Shown here: positions 27,292 through 45,377 of the stretch, piece by piece
How the letters are laid out: every line of letters begins with the position of its first letter
Numbering within the stretch: position 1 is the stretch's first letter
Translations under genes and position numbers: made by a program
Assembly (NCBI GenBank): GCA_010015805.1
Contig: ML978132.1
Span: 1 to 64,000, forward strand
From: Rhizodiscina lignyota
Lineage: Eukaryota
DNA: 64,000 bases
Reading direction: 5' to 3'
Notes under the pieces: model-generated
What the model was told of the DNA's origin: nothing
The model's input: only the letters and a program-made list of their open reading frames with translations
The model's database searches: none

Positions 27292-27746
27292 CTATGGGAG
27301 TTCATGGATGGGAGGGCAGTGCACGTTCATTAATTGTAAAGTGGATAGAAGAGAGAATCATCATGGTGACAGCACTTGACTTTGCAATTTGTGCTGTACT
27401 ATTTTTGAGAGTGAATGGCTGTAGAAACCCAAAGGCAAGATGAGCTCGCCGGTGTTAGAGTCAATTTGCCATGTTATGCAAGAAACTTCATTCCTCCTCG
27501 AAAGTGATTTTGGAGCTTGACTGCCATGTATCCTTAACGCATGCTTGTCGATCGCTTTCCTCTTCAAGTTGCCCAGCCGCGATTGCCATTGACTCCGTCG
27601 AAGACGATGAAGTCGATTAAGTCGCCGCAGATATGTGATGTCCTCAGAGAAGCTGATCGGTACAGTGGTTGATAGGTTGATTGAGCGCGTTGGTCGTGGT
27701 TACGGTTAAGGAGGTGTCAAGCCATGGTCGAGGTCTCGTGAGGCGT

Positions 27747-27884
27747 TTACTTGCTACAAGTTTGTCAGTTCAAATGCTCCATTACTTCGAGATTGGACCT
27801 CGATGATGCATACCTTCTAGCTCTGACCTTTCTTCTCTTACGCTTGAGGCGTCGAACGCGCTTCTTCCTCCACTTGGCTCTCAT
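27747..27884 (-). CDS. RPL41: Ribosomal protein eL41 (25 aa; exons 27884-27814 and 27753-27747); absent from the ORF track
   Basis: Spliced translation MRAKWRKKRVRRLKRKRRKVRARSK-stop, the canonical L41 sequence. Intron 27754-27813 (GTATGC...CTGAC...TAG); 5'UTR intron 27905-28044. Confidence 0.97.
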
Positions 27885-28254
27885 TCTCGTCGATTGGTGA
27901 TGGGCTGCAAGAATGACGTTAGCTCATTGTGACGGAAACAGGTTGCCTCCAAAGAGGGATCCCCATTGTATCTTCGAACAACAGGGAGCACAATAAGATA
28001 AGACCTGAAAGGTATCAAGAATCAAAAGGACGCAGCGTACTCACATTTGACGGTTGAGAATGAGAAGTCGGTTGCTTGATGGAACAGCTTCGCAGCGGGG
28101 ATTTTGTGTGAGAATTCGCTTAGCGCCGGAAAAACTCTTTCTCCGATCACGTGCCTTGTTGACCTTCTCGATGATGAGCGCCCAGCTTACCCCTGTTCCA
28201 CCACTCCCCTCCTTTGTATGCTTCTGCGGCCTCGCTGTAGCAGGCTCAGGCACG

Positions 28255-30450
28255 ATGGCGCCACTACTCTCGCTCTCTCAAGAAGCGGAGATAATGCTGA
28301 GTGTCATTGCGTCCTCGCAGACAACTTCTGAAGCGGGCACGATCATCTATGACAAGACGATCGGTTTACTGAAAGTCGTGGACGAATATGCTAACCAGAG
28401 CGAGCTAATCCCAATTGAACCAAGAACAGAATTCTATATCGGACGGTCACCGAAGTGGCAAGGACAGTGCTCATACTATTCTCGCTTTTACTGATCTTGC
28501 ATAGTGCATACGCCAGTCCAGACCCGACTGTGTCTCACAAACATCTTCGTATCCGCAGTTTGGTTTTCGATGACGAGATTGGTGGCATTCCTCCACTCGT
28601 CTACGTGGACGACTTGTCAATGAATGGCACATATATCCGATCATCGCTTTCGGTATCAGACGGCCAGGCAACTTCCCTTCGTCGAATATCCGGCTCAGTG
28701 CTTCTCACTCATGGCGATGTGCTTCAGCTAAGTTCGAGTCTCTCATTGCACTATCTTGTACCATCTGGACGGAATATAAGTCACAATGTACTTGACACTG
28801 TGCAACAAGTCGAGCTTGAGGTATCACTGCAAACTACGCGACTTGACGGTAAACTAACTTTGCCAGTCGCTCAAAGATCGCTACACAGTAACGACTCAGG
28901 CGCTAGGGATGGGCGGCCATGGCGCTGTTTTTGCGGCTGTACACCGAAGGACAGGACGACAAGTAGCTTGCAAAGTGGTCGACCTTCGCTGCCAGCTGGA
29001 CGAGAACGACACGGATCCGCAACCGCCAATCATTCAAAATGAGCACTTCAGCACATCAGAAAGCCGTAACCAGAAGCGGATTTCCAAAGCAAATAAACTT
29101 TTCAAGGAATTTCAGGTTCTTCAGGACATAGACCATCCAAATATCGTCCGCCTTGAAAAGGCATTCTGGACTACCAATAGCATTTACATCTTTCAAGAAC
29201 TGCTGCCTGGTGGTGATCTCTTCTCATTCATCGAAGCACGGGGCGGCCCATTTGAAGAAGCCGAGGCGGCAATTCTTGTGCTTCAGATATTGAAAGCGCT
29301 GGATTTCTTACACACTCGAGGCATTGTACATCGAGATCTCAAACCTGACAACATCCTCCTTTCATCGCCACTGCCAAATGCTCGAGTTGTGCTCACCGAC
29401 TTCGGGCATGCAAGACACTTACCAGAGTCGAACGAGGATAACTGTATTGAACGGCCGTTCAAAAGACAACGCATGACTTCCGTAGTCGGCACTTTTGAAT
29501 ACTGCGCACCGTAAGTAGTTCTCATTGCCTCAGATTAGAACATCACTAACCGTGGAGTGTGTAGGGAGGTCCACAAGCGTAATCCACTTTTTCCAGAAGA
29601 GGGCTACTCGAAAGCCATCGATATATGGTCGCTTGGCTGTATTACATTTCTTCTCCTTTCAGGTGAACAACCATTTGTCAATCATCGCGATCCTCTATTT
29701 CGAGTTGATCCTCTTCAAGCGATCATGACTCTTGCATCAAAGTGTGACCTTGATGCAATTGACAATTCTCCGAATTGGCGTAGCATAAGCAAGCGCCCGA
29801 AACAACTTGTGAAGAGCCTCCTAGTTCTTGACGAAGCGATTCGGCTGACTGCCAAACAAGCCTTGGACCACCCCTGGTTCACCAATCCGTGCTGCGCGAA
29901 AGAGTTTGAAAATGTATATCGGAATTGTATCCGTGACTGGAAGCCGAGAAGGAGAGTCTTTAAATTGGTCGAGCCTCTGATCCTACCCAGGAATTACATC
30001 AATCAGCTCAATTCCTCTCCATACTTTGTCTCTTCGGCCCCGAGAAAAGAAATGACGAGCCAGGCCCATATCCTGAAGCGAAAATCCCCGAAGCTTCCAT
30101 CCATAGCTGAAGAGGAACCAGACGAGGTGTCGCGTGCGCCTGTTTCTGTTTTCGAATCACCCCATTCAACGCGAAATGGAACTCTACTGCGGACATTGAG
30201 CCAGCTGACAGTCTCACAGCTCAACAAAGAGACATCGCAACACTCGATCATGGTGAGCGACCACTCCTGGAATACAGCGTGCCATGATGGTTTCGCAGAC
30301 TCGATGGATCTTTCCGATGCGAACCAGGTGGGCTGTTCTAATGAAGAAGTTCAAGACATGGAACTGGCAGAAGAAAGGTTGCATGAGTTTGAGGCACGGG
30401 TTCTTGAAACCCCACCAAGAAGGTTTCAAAGCGTGGCCGGTGTACCATAG
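28255..30450 (+). CDS. FHA-domain Ser/Thr kinase (Mek1/Chk2/Dun1 family), 3 introns
   Basis: FHA motifs IGRSPK..VSHKH..DLSMNGT; kinase motifs GMGGHG, VACK, HRDLKPDN, DFG, GTFEYCAPE, DIWSLG. No second FHA domain, consistent with Mek1-like. Confidence 0.88.
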
Positions 30451-32222
30451 CAGATGACGCTGGAAACGAGGCGCGGGAACGCAAGGTTCGAGACTGATGG
30501 AACGTTGTCGGCAAAGGAGCGATGTTGATTCACTAATAAGGAATTGATAGAATCTCTAACTGCATTGTCATCATCATGGAAATCAAATACGGAGGAATCA
30601 TTTCTGTAGCTGAAGTTCATTTATTACTCTCGTTTCCTGGAACCTGTATCGCACTCAGTGGGGGTTGCCTACCGCCCACCTCGCCATCTATCATGCTAAA
30701 AAGAGCACAACCTAGCGCGGATTACGGGAGAAATACAACAACTATGCACACCTTGTACTCGTTGATCCACGTACTTCGAAGACCCATAAAGTTTAAGTCC
30801 AGCCACTACGCCACTCACGCTCCTCCAACCTCCACAGGAGAAGCCATTTGGAGGATTTTGATAAGCGGGCAACCCTAACCCTATATGGAAAAAGTCACGT
30901 GTGCGCTCTTTATCCCTTGCTCAGACAGTCTCACTTTTGCATCTATTGCGCCTCTTTCATTGAGTCGGTTCTCAAAAAACAAAATTCGGAAAAATTCCAG
31001 AGTTTAGGCCACAACGTGAATTGAAAAGTTTTAGAACTCGACCATAATACAATTTAGGATCATATGGCCATGAAGAGGTATCAGTGGCACCTTGAACTTT
31101 GTAATGAGTGTGCTTGTCTCGACATCTGCTCCCTCCTTTCGCTTTGGAAGTGAACGCCATCAGGTTTCATAAGATCAGAAACTCCGAGGTTGGGCCAAGC
31201 AGGTAATGATTCATCAATAGAAGCACTTGGGCTGCTGGCATTAAGCTATCAGTGCTCTATGCAGTGTGCAGTCGCGCCCAGAGAAGCAATGTGGAAGCTG
31301 TGTTGTGTCACATTGCACTGCTGGTATCTCCAACACGAACGATACCTCGAAGAATCGCACATGTACGGAGCACATACACATATAATGTTACATCATGACC
31401 CGATAGGTCATCAGTCCTTGAGAAGCCGCCTAGATTATGCCTGTGACAACGTTGATTGAGGCCCATGATGCTAGGCGTTTCACCAGCAAGGAGCTCGTAG
31501 ACAGAGGACGAAACCAGTTCAGATCTCTTCAAGTCGATGACAATTGTAGAGACAACAGTAGGCCGAGACCAGCCTGCTCCTTCATTTCTGTTAGATACAA
31601 ATCGCTATCCAAAGCTAGCTAGCTTTCTACCGAGATTAACCTCTCCTCGGCGATTCCCACAAGTGGATGGAGAATCGCATAGAAAAACATGATGTCATTA
31701 AAAAAACCGAAAATTAGACGTCTCAACCAAGCCTGGCGACGACGTTGATCATTAGGTTTGCCTGTGCCACGGGGCCCCGGGCATCGTGCATTGACAAGTC
31801 CAAATCGCCTAAAAGCTGCTGCTGCAAGCACCGACGCAGAAGGGGTATTTTCCAAAAACGGACAGGCACGAGAAAGCAATATTGAGCACATGCCGACATG
31901 GCAGGAACCAACAAACGCTGATGACAAGCTGTGCAAAGCGCAATGTCGTTATGTGAATGCAGGTCGTGGAGCGCGTAAGAGTCGTTGGATGCGATATCGT
32001 GAGCCATGACGCTGTGCAGTACAGGCGAGTACAAATATTTTAATCCGGGAGAACCGTACACACCAGACCAGGAGAGAAACCAGAGGTGGAATGTAAACAA
32101 TTGAGAGAGTCGTACTTTTATCGAGTGTTGGAACTCGGATCGCCGCTCGAAATCGGGTCGAAGAAGAAGCAGAAGTGGCGCCGCCGATTACGCTGTCATC
32201 AAATCACATTCCGTCGTAATAA

Positions 32223-34992
32223 TCATACACAGTGAGGCCGTATTGTAAGGTGATGTTGAGCTTGAGCTTGATGTTGAGCTTGAGCTTGAGCATGAGCCTG
32301 AGCTTGAGCATGGGCCTGAGCCTGAGCATGGGCCTGCTGAGCCTGAGCCTGAGCCTGCGCCTGCGCCTGCGCCTGAGCTTGAGCCTGAGCCTGAGCCTGA
32401 GCTTGAGCCTGGGCATGGGCCTGGGCATGGGCCTGAGCCTGAGCCTGCGCTTGCGATTGCGGCTGAGGTTGTGCCTGAAAGCTGGGCGCCATCGTGATGG
32501 GAGTTTGTCGTGCCCATGGTTCAGCATAAAAGCCATCGCTCGTATAGATGGGCACGGTGGCAGGCAGAATGTCGGAAGCTCCGGATGTCGAAGGTGGTAA
32601 AGGTTGAAGGGGATGCCCAAAGTGGGCCGCGGATTGCTGCTGCGCAATGAGATTATTCGTGCTCACGCTCTCGAAGCTTGAGCTTGATAAACTGCGTTGA
32701 GGCGCTTCAGAAGCGGAGGGGTTCATGTTCCATTGAATCTGCGCCGAGTACACCTGGGGTGGCGGTCCAGGACTGTAAGGTGCCACCGGGCTAATGGTGG
32801 AAGACGTTGGGCCGGAACAGGCTGCGAAGTTGCTTTCTGGATAGATTGTGTGCCATCGCATCGGATCGTGCTGAAGAGGCTGGTCGTTATTCGGAATGTC
32901 AGGGCGTGGCGCTTGTCTTTCGTAATACCCTTCAACTTGACGGAATTGATAGTCAGAGGGGCGTTGCTCTCCAAAGCTTGCTGTGTAACGAGTGGTTGTA
33001 TGAGCGGGTGATAGCGAATGAGAATCGAATTCCGACCGACGTGACGCTTGCCAATCAACGCCTCCTGCCCCAGGACCAGAAATGGCATTGTGGTACATTA
33101 CGAACGCTTCTGGCCTATCCAACTCCCAATGCGGCGCAGGCACAGGTGGAGCCATGTCTTGTTCACTTATCATCCCATGGCGAATATCGGGCAGGATTTG
33201 TAAATTCGGCCTATCCGTTTCATTTTGGGGTTGAGGGAAATGGTCAACTTTCGGCCTTCGGAGATCCTGATGAAACGGTGCTACCTGTGTATCGTCGTGT
33301 GACGGATGCATCACTTCAGGAGGTGAAGCGCAGGGCAATCCGTGTGTGTAATGAGGCGTATGCACAGCCTTGGAACGAACACGAGGGCGGCGCGCAGCTC
33401 GTGATTTTGACGACGAAGTGTCATGTTCAGTCGCCTGGAGCTGCAAAGGTTTGTCAATAGCGCGATCAAAGCTGCTTGTTTCAGATTGCAAAATCTGATC
33501 AGCAATCCTTCGGCTCTCGTTCGCTTCTCGTACGGACTGCCGGCTTGCTGCTGTCGAATTCTTAGTCTTCCGGATGGGGTTATATTCTAAGAATTTCACC
33601 CTATCATCGGCATCTTCAAGAAGAGTTAGCAGTTGGCCAGCACCGGTGGGTGTAAAGAACGAAACGCACCTATGCCGCCAGCAACGTAGAGTTCGTATGA
33701 CCTCATATTCCGATAAAGCTGTGCGAGGAGCGACTTGATTCTGTTGATCTTGCCGGGTGTGTATTTGTCGAACTGGAATTTAATGTCCTTGGTAGTATCC
33801 TCGAGAAAATCAATCCAACTGGTGAAACCGGGACCAAGATTCCTGGCCTTTTCAACATCAAACATCATCAACATCACACAGCCAAGTTCTAATCGGTCTG
33901 CAAGATTCTGAAAGTCAGTTGCACAAGTCAACACTCGTATGTGGGTTGGAAAGCATACCAGGTTTCTTCAAGTGGGCGGGTTCTTTGTGCATTAAGGTGC
34001 TGGGCCACCAGGGTGGCGGTATTCCCTTCATCTTCTTTTTCCTGTACGGATAGCGGGTTTGTTTCTTAGGTTCATAAGAATTAACCCATTTCGTCACAAT
34101 CTCTTTCAAAGCGAGCTGTTGGACGGCTTCCAGTGTGTACATGATGAACTCTCTAAGCGCATCTACATCTCCAATTTCGAAGGTACGATCAACCCGATCA
34201 TAGACAGGCGTTCCATCATCCTGGCAACAGAAGTGGTCATCAGGTTCATCTTCATCCACGTCCTCGTCCTGAGGGTCGGACTGCTCGGCTTCGCTAGAAC
34301 AGCTCGATGGCCGCCGCTTGCCTCTCACGGGCCGTCTGGTTTTCTTTCGAATCCCAGCAAATTTCACGCCTGGCCGGGAATCTGGTATTTCGACGATTCT
34401 TGTATGATCAGGATCCGTTGTCCCTTGATGGCTGAGATCTAATGAAACTGTTATGCTCCACAATTCGGTTCAAGCAAATCGCAAGGAGTATCTCACCGGC
34501 ATCAGATTCGGAGTCAATTTTCCTGATACTTTGACATATATCACGGACAATGCGTCGCTGTTGTCGGACAGGGATAATGCCAGATTTTATGCCTTGCTCA
34601 AATTCGTTGCTCATACGAGACAACCAGCGGAAGATGTCTTGGCCGGATATGCCACCGGGGCGCTCCAAGTCTTTCTCGAGTGTTTCTGCGAGAGCCTGCA
34701 TTCCAAAAGAATTAACATTTAGTTACTGTGATTATGCCGAGTTGGGTCGCAATTTTGGGAGCAAATGTAACGACATGTTGTGGCGGAATTTTTGATTCTC
34801 GAAACTTACCTCCAAAGGTCCCCGTGGCCGCTGCCCCGCAGGTCTTTCAGGGCCAATTCGGACATTTTCCATCTCAAGAGGGGGATACGGTATTGGAGGT
34901 TCATTTGCTGGAGCAATTGCTCTGCTTTTACCTTTGCGAGCGGTGCGGCCGGGGGCCGTGGCCTCGTTGCCTTCGTCATTCCTGAAGACCAT
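32223..34992 (-). CDS. DUF2841 (YDR124W-like) protein with long disordered, Gln-Ala-rich C-terminus; 4 coding introns
   Basis: [26 protein letters not shown]...PPWWP...[10 protein letters not shown] signature; consecutive ORFs joined by canonical GT-AG introns. Confidence 0.8.
32256..32472. repeat. Hexanucleotide (CARGCN)n repeat encoding (Gln-Ala/His-Ala)n
   Basis: tgagcctgagcttgagcc... about 35 hexamer units, translated as [10 protein letters not shown]... Confidence 0.95.
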
Positions 34993-37900
34993 GGGGTGAA
35001 GTTGAAAGAGCGTTGCGCGGGCTTGCGATTAGCGTCCGTCCGTGAGCAGACGGCGCCAAAAGCAAGCTCACACCTGTCAGATCACCCTTGGCCGGAAACA
35101 ACCGAAGCACCCGCTTGGGCAACCGCTTGTCTGTACAGAGCAGAAGCTAACGTGTTAGCTTGCGAACGGATCCATTCTACTCCAACGGATTGCCAAAGAA
35201 AATTCTGGACAGAAAGATGATGGAATGGTGAAGAATATTTGAGCTGGGAGGCCGTAGGGAGTGAGGGCGAGCGGGCAACAGTGCAGGGGTAAGTAGGGCG
35301 AAGGAATGATTCTAGGCGTCATTAAAACTGACTGAACCCTGGACGTACTTCTTCGCGAGAGCGAGGGCTGAGACTTGACCAGCCAGTTGGTGGATACGAG
35401 CAACAGGGAAGAGTGGCGCTTCTGCAAAGAAGATCTCCCGTGGTAGATATGGTGGTAGAAGCCAAAAAGTAGGCCAGAGAGCGGAGGGCACTTGAGCGTC
35501 CAGCGTGCCCCAGAAATAGCAGAAGACAGGCTGATCGGCAATGACAACAGCCCAAGGTCCGACGAGCAAGGACTAGGTGGGATCGAAGTTTTGGTTGGAC
35601 AGGTTGGTCTTTGCTCGTGCAAGCAGGCGAGTTTGGGGCACAAAAGCTGCGGGGTTGTGCACAGTGAGCAGGGAAGGCTGGCCCTGGGCGGTGTCGATAA
35701 GACGAGAGAGCCAGCGCAAATCCACGTCGAGGAAGGGGTAGGCTGGATACTCAGATCTCCCGGGCACCAGTAAAGAGTGGAAGTGAGACAGGGAGCAGCG
35801 TGGCGGGCATCAAGCAACGCAGAATATGAAAAGGCGAACTTTGGCCAGGAACAGGCACAGCTGCGGCTTTATGAACATCGAACACAGATCATTGTTGAGA
35901 TCGGCTGTCCCCTGGCGGGTATGCTGCGGTCGAGCAGCAGGAGGATCGGAAATCTCTTGGTCAAACATCGATCGTTGTACAAGGGCTCCGTAGGCTCTGG
36001 CTGCGAGAGGCAGAAGACACATGTGAGGTGCATTGCGCGGGACGTGCGTGTGGAGGAGTCGCCTCCGCCGCTTGCACACAGCGGAGCGCCTGCTCTGGCC
36101 GCCATGGTTAAGGCGAAGGGTATCGACGTTAGCTTGTGCGGGCGGGCCTTCATAATTTTACCGGCGCGCTTTAGGCCAGCCTCGTGGATGAATGCGGCTG
36201 CTAATCTCGCTGCGCTCATTCGTTGGGATCGAGTGTGGAAGAACTGCTCGTGTGGAGCCAGGGTCGTTGCTGGTGCGCGTAAGCGGGCTGCGCGCAGCCG
36301 CGCGCGCGGCCGTGGCAGACGCAAGTGCACGGCGCTGTGGTTGAGATCCGCCCGTTTGCACTACTGCAGAGCATCAAGAAGCCGCCTGCAAGATCGTCCG
36401 TCCCCCGTGCAAATGCCATCGTCTCAACTTGCATCCAGTAGAGGAAGAGAGGGTGATAGGCCGGGGAACACGGGACCACTCACTCACCATGGTATGCGGC
36501 CGTAGGGGACCTACGGGTTCGAATTTGCACGTCACACAGGTCGAGCGGCTTCTTGCATCGATCACGACTCGTAGAGAGCGGCAGCCGGGCATCAGCAAGG
36601 CGCCAGAACGAGTTCGACAAGATCCTACCAAGATCTCGGTTTGCCCTATGCTCGGCCTTCCCGAACGAGGGCTGTCTCCTGCAAGACACCATCGCATATC
36701 GATCGGTCGTTGGCGATCGCAGTGGTTCTCGGTTCCAAATTCCTGAGACAGCCGCCACAGCTCCACGCCTTTGGAAAGTGCACAGTCGGAGAATTCTCGT
36801 GGTTGTAGCGTGGCCATCTGATCTCTCAACCGCATAGCGCTGTGATCAGCAGTTTTCGTGGTTGTCCTGCTGCCCACTGTGCCCTTCTGCGCCGACTTCT
36901 CGAAGCCTTCACCGCCGCAAAAAGATATCCATCAACAAACCCTTCCAAGACAGACATGCCCGTAGCGCGGCCCGCACGTCCTGCCATATGATCTCGCGTA
37001 CCTGAGGTGACAGGGTGAGGTTTGCGTCGTTCCCGTCTTGCATCGCCTAGCCTTCGGCCGCGCTGCTCTAGCAAGATGATGTTCAGTGCTCATTCAGATC
37101 TAGATGCGCAAACCGGGTATCCTTGCGATCACGCGAAGAGCCCATCGTGGAAAGATCTTGCCTTGGCTGTCGTTTAATGTCGATCCCGTCTACCATGCAG
37201 GCGCCATTGCTTCTTCCGTGTAAGGTGACAGGAAGAGAACCAACCGAGCCTCGTGCAGAGTCATGTCAACTCGATGTCCCCCACACCGGGGAAGAGAACC
37301 CGATCAAGATGTGCAGGAGGCGATGATATTGGATCAACAATTGGCAAGAATTAACGAAGGCGGGACTAGTGAAATACCAGCCATGAAGCCATCAATTGCA
37401 CATGTTTGCGACCGTACGAGACCGTAACCAAGCATCTTCCAGCAATGTGCCTCCTATCGTAGCTGAAGGGATGAGACTGTTCCCGAGGTCATATGAACTA
37501 TTGCTCTCTCGATTTAGGACGATTGGAGGTTGATGATACACTCCTCTTGATGATGGATGATGTTGAAACAAGACACAAGTTTTGGGTATCCGCCTCGTGT
37601 CATTGTATTTGCACATGCCAGGCTATATTCAATCCGCTCCTCTTTGGAATGCAACAATTTTACTTTCAAATACCTCAAATCAGGTAGTGCCTCGGTGCTC
37701 TTTGTGGGTATCTAAGCTCTATTGTCGTGTGAATGTGGAAATTGAACCAAAGAACAAGCACATATGCTGCTTCCATGTTGGATCCGATTAAGCAGTTGGC
37801 CAAATCAACATTTGCACCCTTTCCAGAGTTGAACCTGTCCATCGCCTCATGGAACAACCTGTCGTTGCTCAATGTCTTCCATAACGTTGAAGATCGGTAG

Positions 37901-38288
37901 GACTCGATCACTGCATGCAGCATGTCATCGCGGCCATGTACGCAGGAAAACGAGCCCCACCCTCCATACCACATGCACCTCGGACTTGCAAACATCCCCT
38001 TTCATGCCCAACCACCCATCATCTCGGTAGCACGACATGTCGATAATTCTCCGACGCATCCGACTAGCCGCATGGAATCCAGACAACGTCTTAGGTACCT
38101 GCCCATGCCCAACCACCTGGACCGAGTTCACCGGCAAACGAAACCCATGCTGTCAGAATCTCGTGTGCGCAAGGCGCGTGCATTGACATTTACGATTACA
38201 GTCGCTGAAGCCCTATCAACACCTACAAGATCATACGATCCGATCCCGGCAACTCGAAACTAACAAAGCCATGCGTACAAGGGCCATG

Positions 38289-44299
<6,011 letters not shown>

Positions 44300-44779
44300 T
44301 TGACGGCTTTGCAAGAGAGACTCCTCCAGCTCTCGTTCGGGCGTGGAGAATCACAAAAGCGTGCGGAGGGATAGGTAATTGAGCGAAGAATGATAGAGTC
44401 GAAGGTTGTGTAGGTGGGGCAAGCAAAGAACTTTTGCTGGGGCGGTGATAAACGGCGAGTCTGGTTGGTCACAGCTCCCCAAGCTCGGGTGCATCGGGCT
44501 GTTCTTGAGTGGAATTGTTCGGTGCCACACGCTCGGATGTCGTCCCGAAGTGCCTCTTTGGGGGGATTTCCCTGCAAAGGATGCTCGATTTGCACTGGGA
44601 GGCGATATCCAGGATCCAGCTGACAACGACCATTGATAAGCCTCGTCAGATTGTTGAGATGCTTGAAATGGTAAACTTCGCTCCTCAAGTTTGTTCTTCG
44701 GTCAAAGAAATTAAGGTACATGTACAGAAGTAGGCCGCAGGCTGCTACGATGGACGCGTATGCGTGAGAGAAGTGTCGA

Positions 44780-44896
44780 GCGGGCAACGGCATAGAGAGG
44801 CAGAGGCAGGGCAACAGTGTAACAAAGGCAGGAGGCGGGCAACGGCATGGAGAGGCAGAGGCAGGGCAACAGCGTAAAAGAGGTAGAGGTAGGGCA
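44780..44896. repeat. 55-bp-period tandem repeat (2 copies plus partial)
   Basis: gcgggcaacggcatRgagaggcagaggcagggcaacagYgtaa at 44780 and 44835; partial copy at 44879. Confidence 0.9.
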
Positions 44897-44910
44897 TAAA
44901 CGACTCTACA

Positions 44911-45064
44911 AGTTGCTTCCTCTGCCTGTCTGACCATATAGCGGGCACCGGAAACCAGGGCTCAATTGGAGTTGCTTCCTCCGCCTGCCTGACTTACCAT
45001 AGCGGGCACCGTAAACTAGGGCTCAATTGGAGTTGCTTCCTCCACCTGCCTGACCATATAGCGG
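44911..45064. repeat. ~60-bp tandem repeat (2.6 copies)
   Basis: agttgcttcctcYRcctgYctgac...atagcgggcaccgKaaacYagggctcaattgg at 44911 and 44970; partial copy at 45031. Confidence 0.92.
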
Positions 45065-45377
45065 CATGGTGCTGCGTGAGCCCACGGAGGATTTCGTTCC
45101 TTCCTGCAACAGTCACGCAACTATGGGTTGGCATTGATTACGTTCATTTTAGAAATTGTTCTTTTGCAGATGGTGCTCAATCACGGTTCTGAGGCTCTGC
45201 TAAAACCGTGATGAGCACATAGAAGCTTCTCGGAATGCCTAGGATACATCATCTCATCGCTGTCGAGATCAGATCCTAGCTGATAGCGCTTCGTCGTATT
45301 TCGCAAGCTATAGCCACAAGGCTATATCCAACACAATCAATCCACACTTCTGCCATGCCAATGCCAATGTCGCCGCC

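Noticed and set aside
30871..30883. AACCCTAACCCTA telomere-like repeat
   Set aside because: Only two units; expected by chance.
32188..33460. Alternative-frame and antisense ORFs (poly-LR, poly-GS, poly-LS, 217 aa antisense)
   Set aside because: By-products of the hexamer repeat and codon bias of the DUF2841 gene.
36490..36535. GGTTCGAAT T-loop-like motif (possible tRNA)
   Set aside because: No cloverleaf, acceptor stem or D-arm can be built around it.
35155..36877. Several 150-240 aa ORFs on both strands
   Set aside because: Mostly non-ATG starts, low-complexity Arg/Ser/Pro composition and no recognisable motifs; typical of GC-rich non-coding DNA.
44911..45064. Regularly spaced repeats resembling a CRISPR array
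   Set aside because: Units are contiguous with no unique spacers, there are no cas genes, and the context is eukaryotic.
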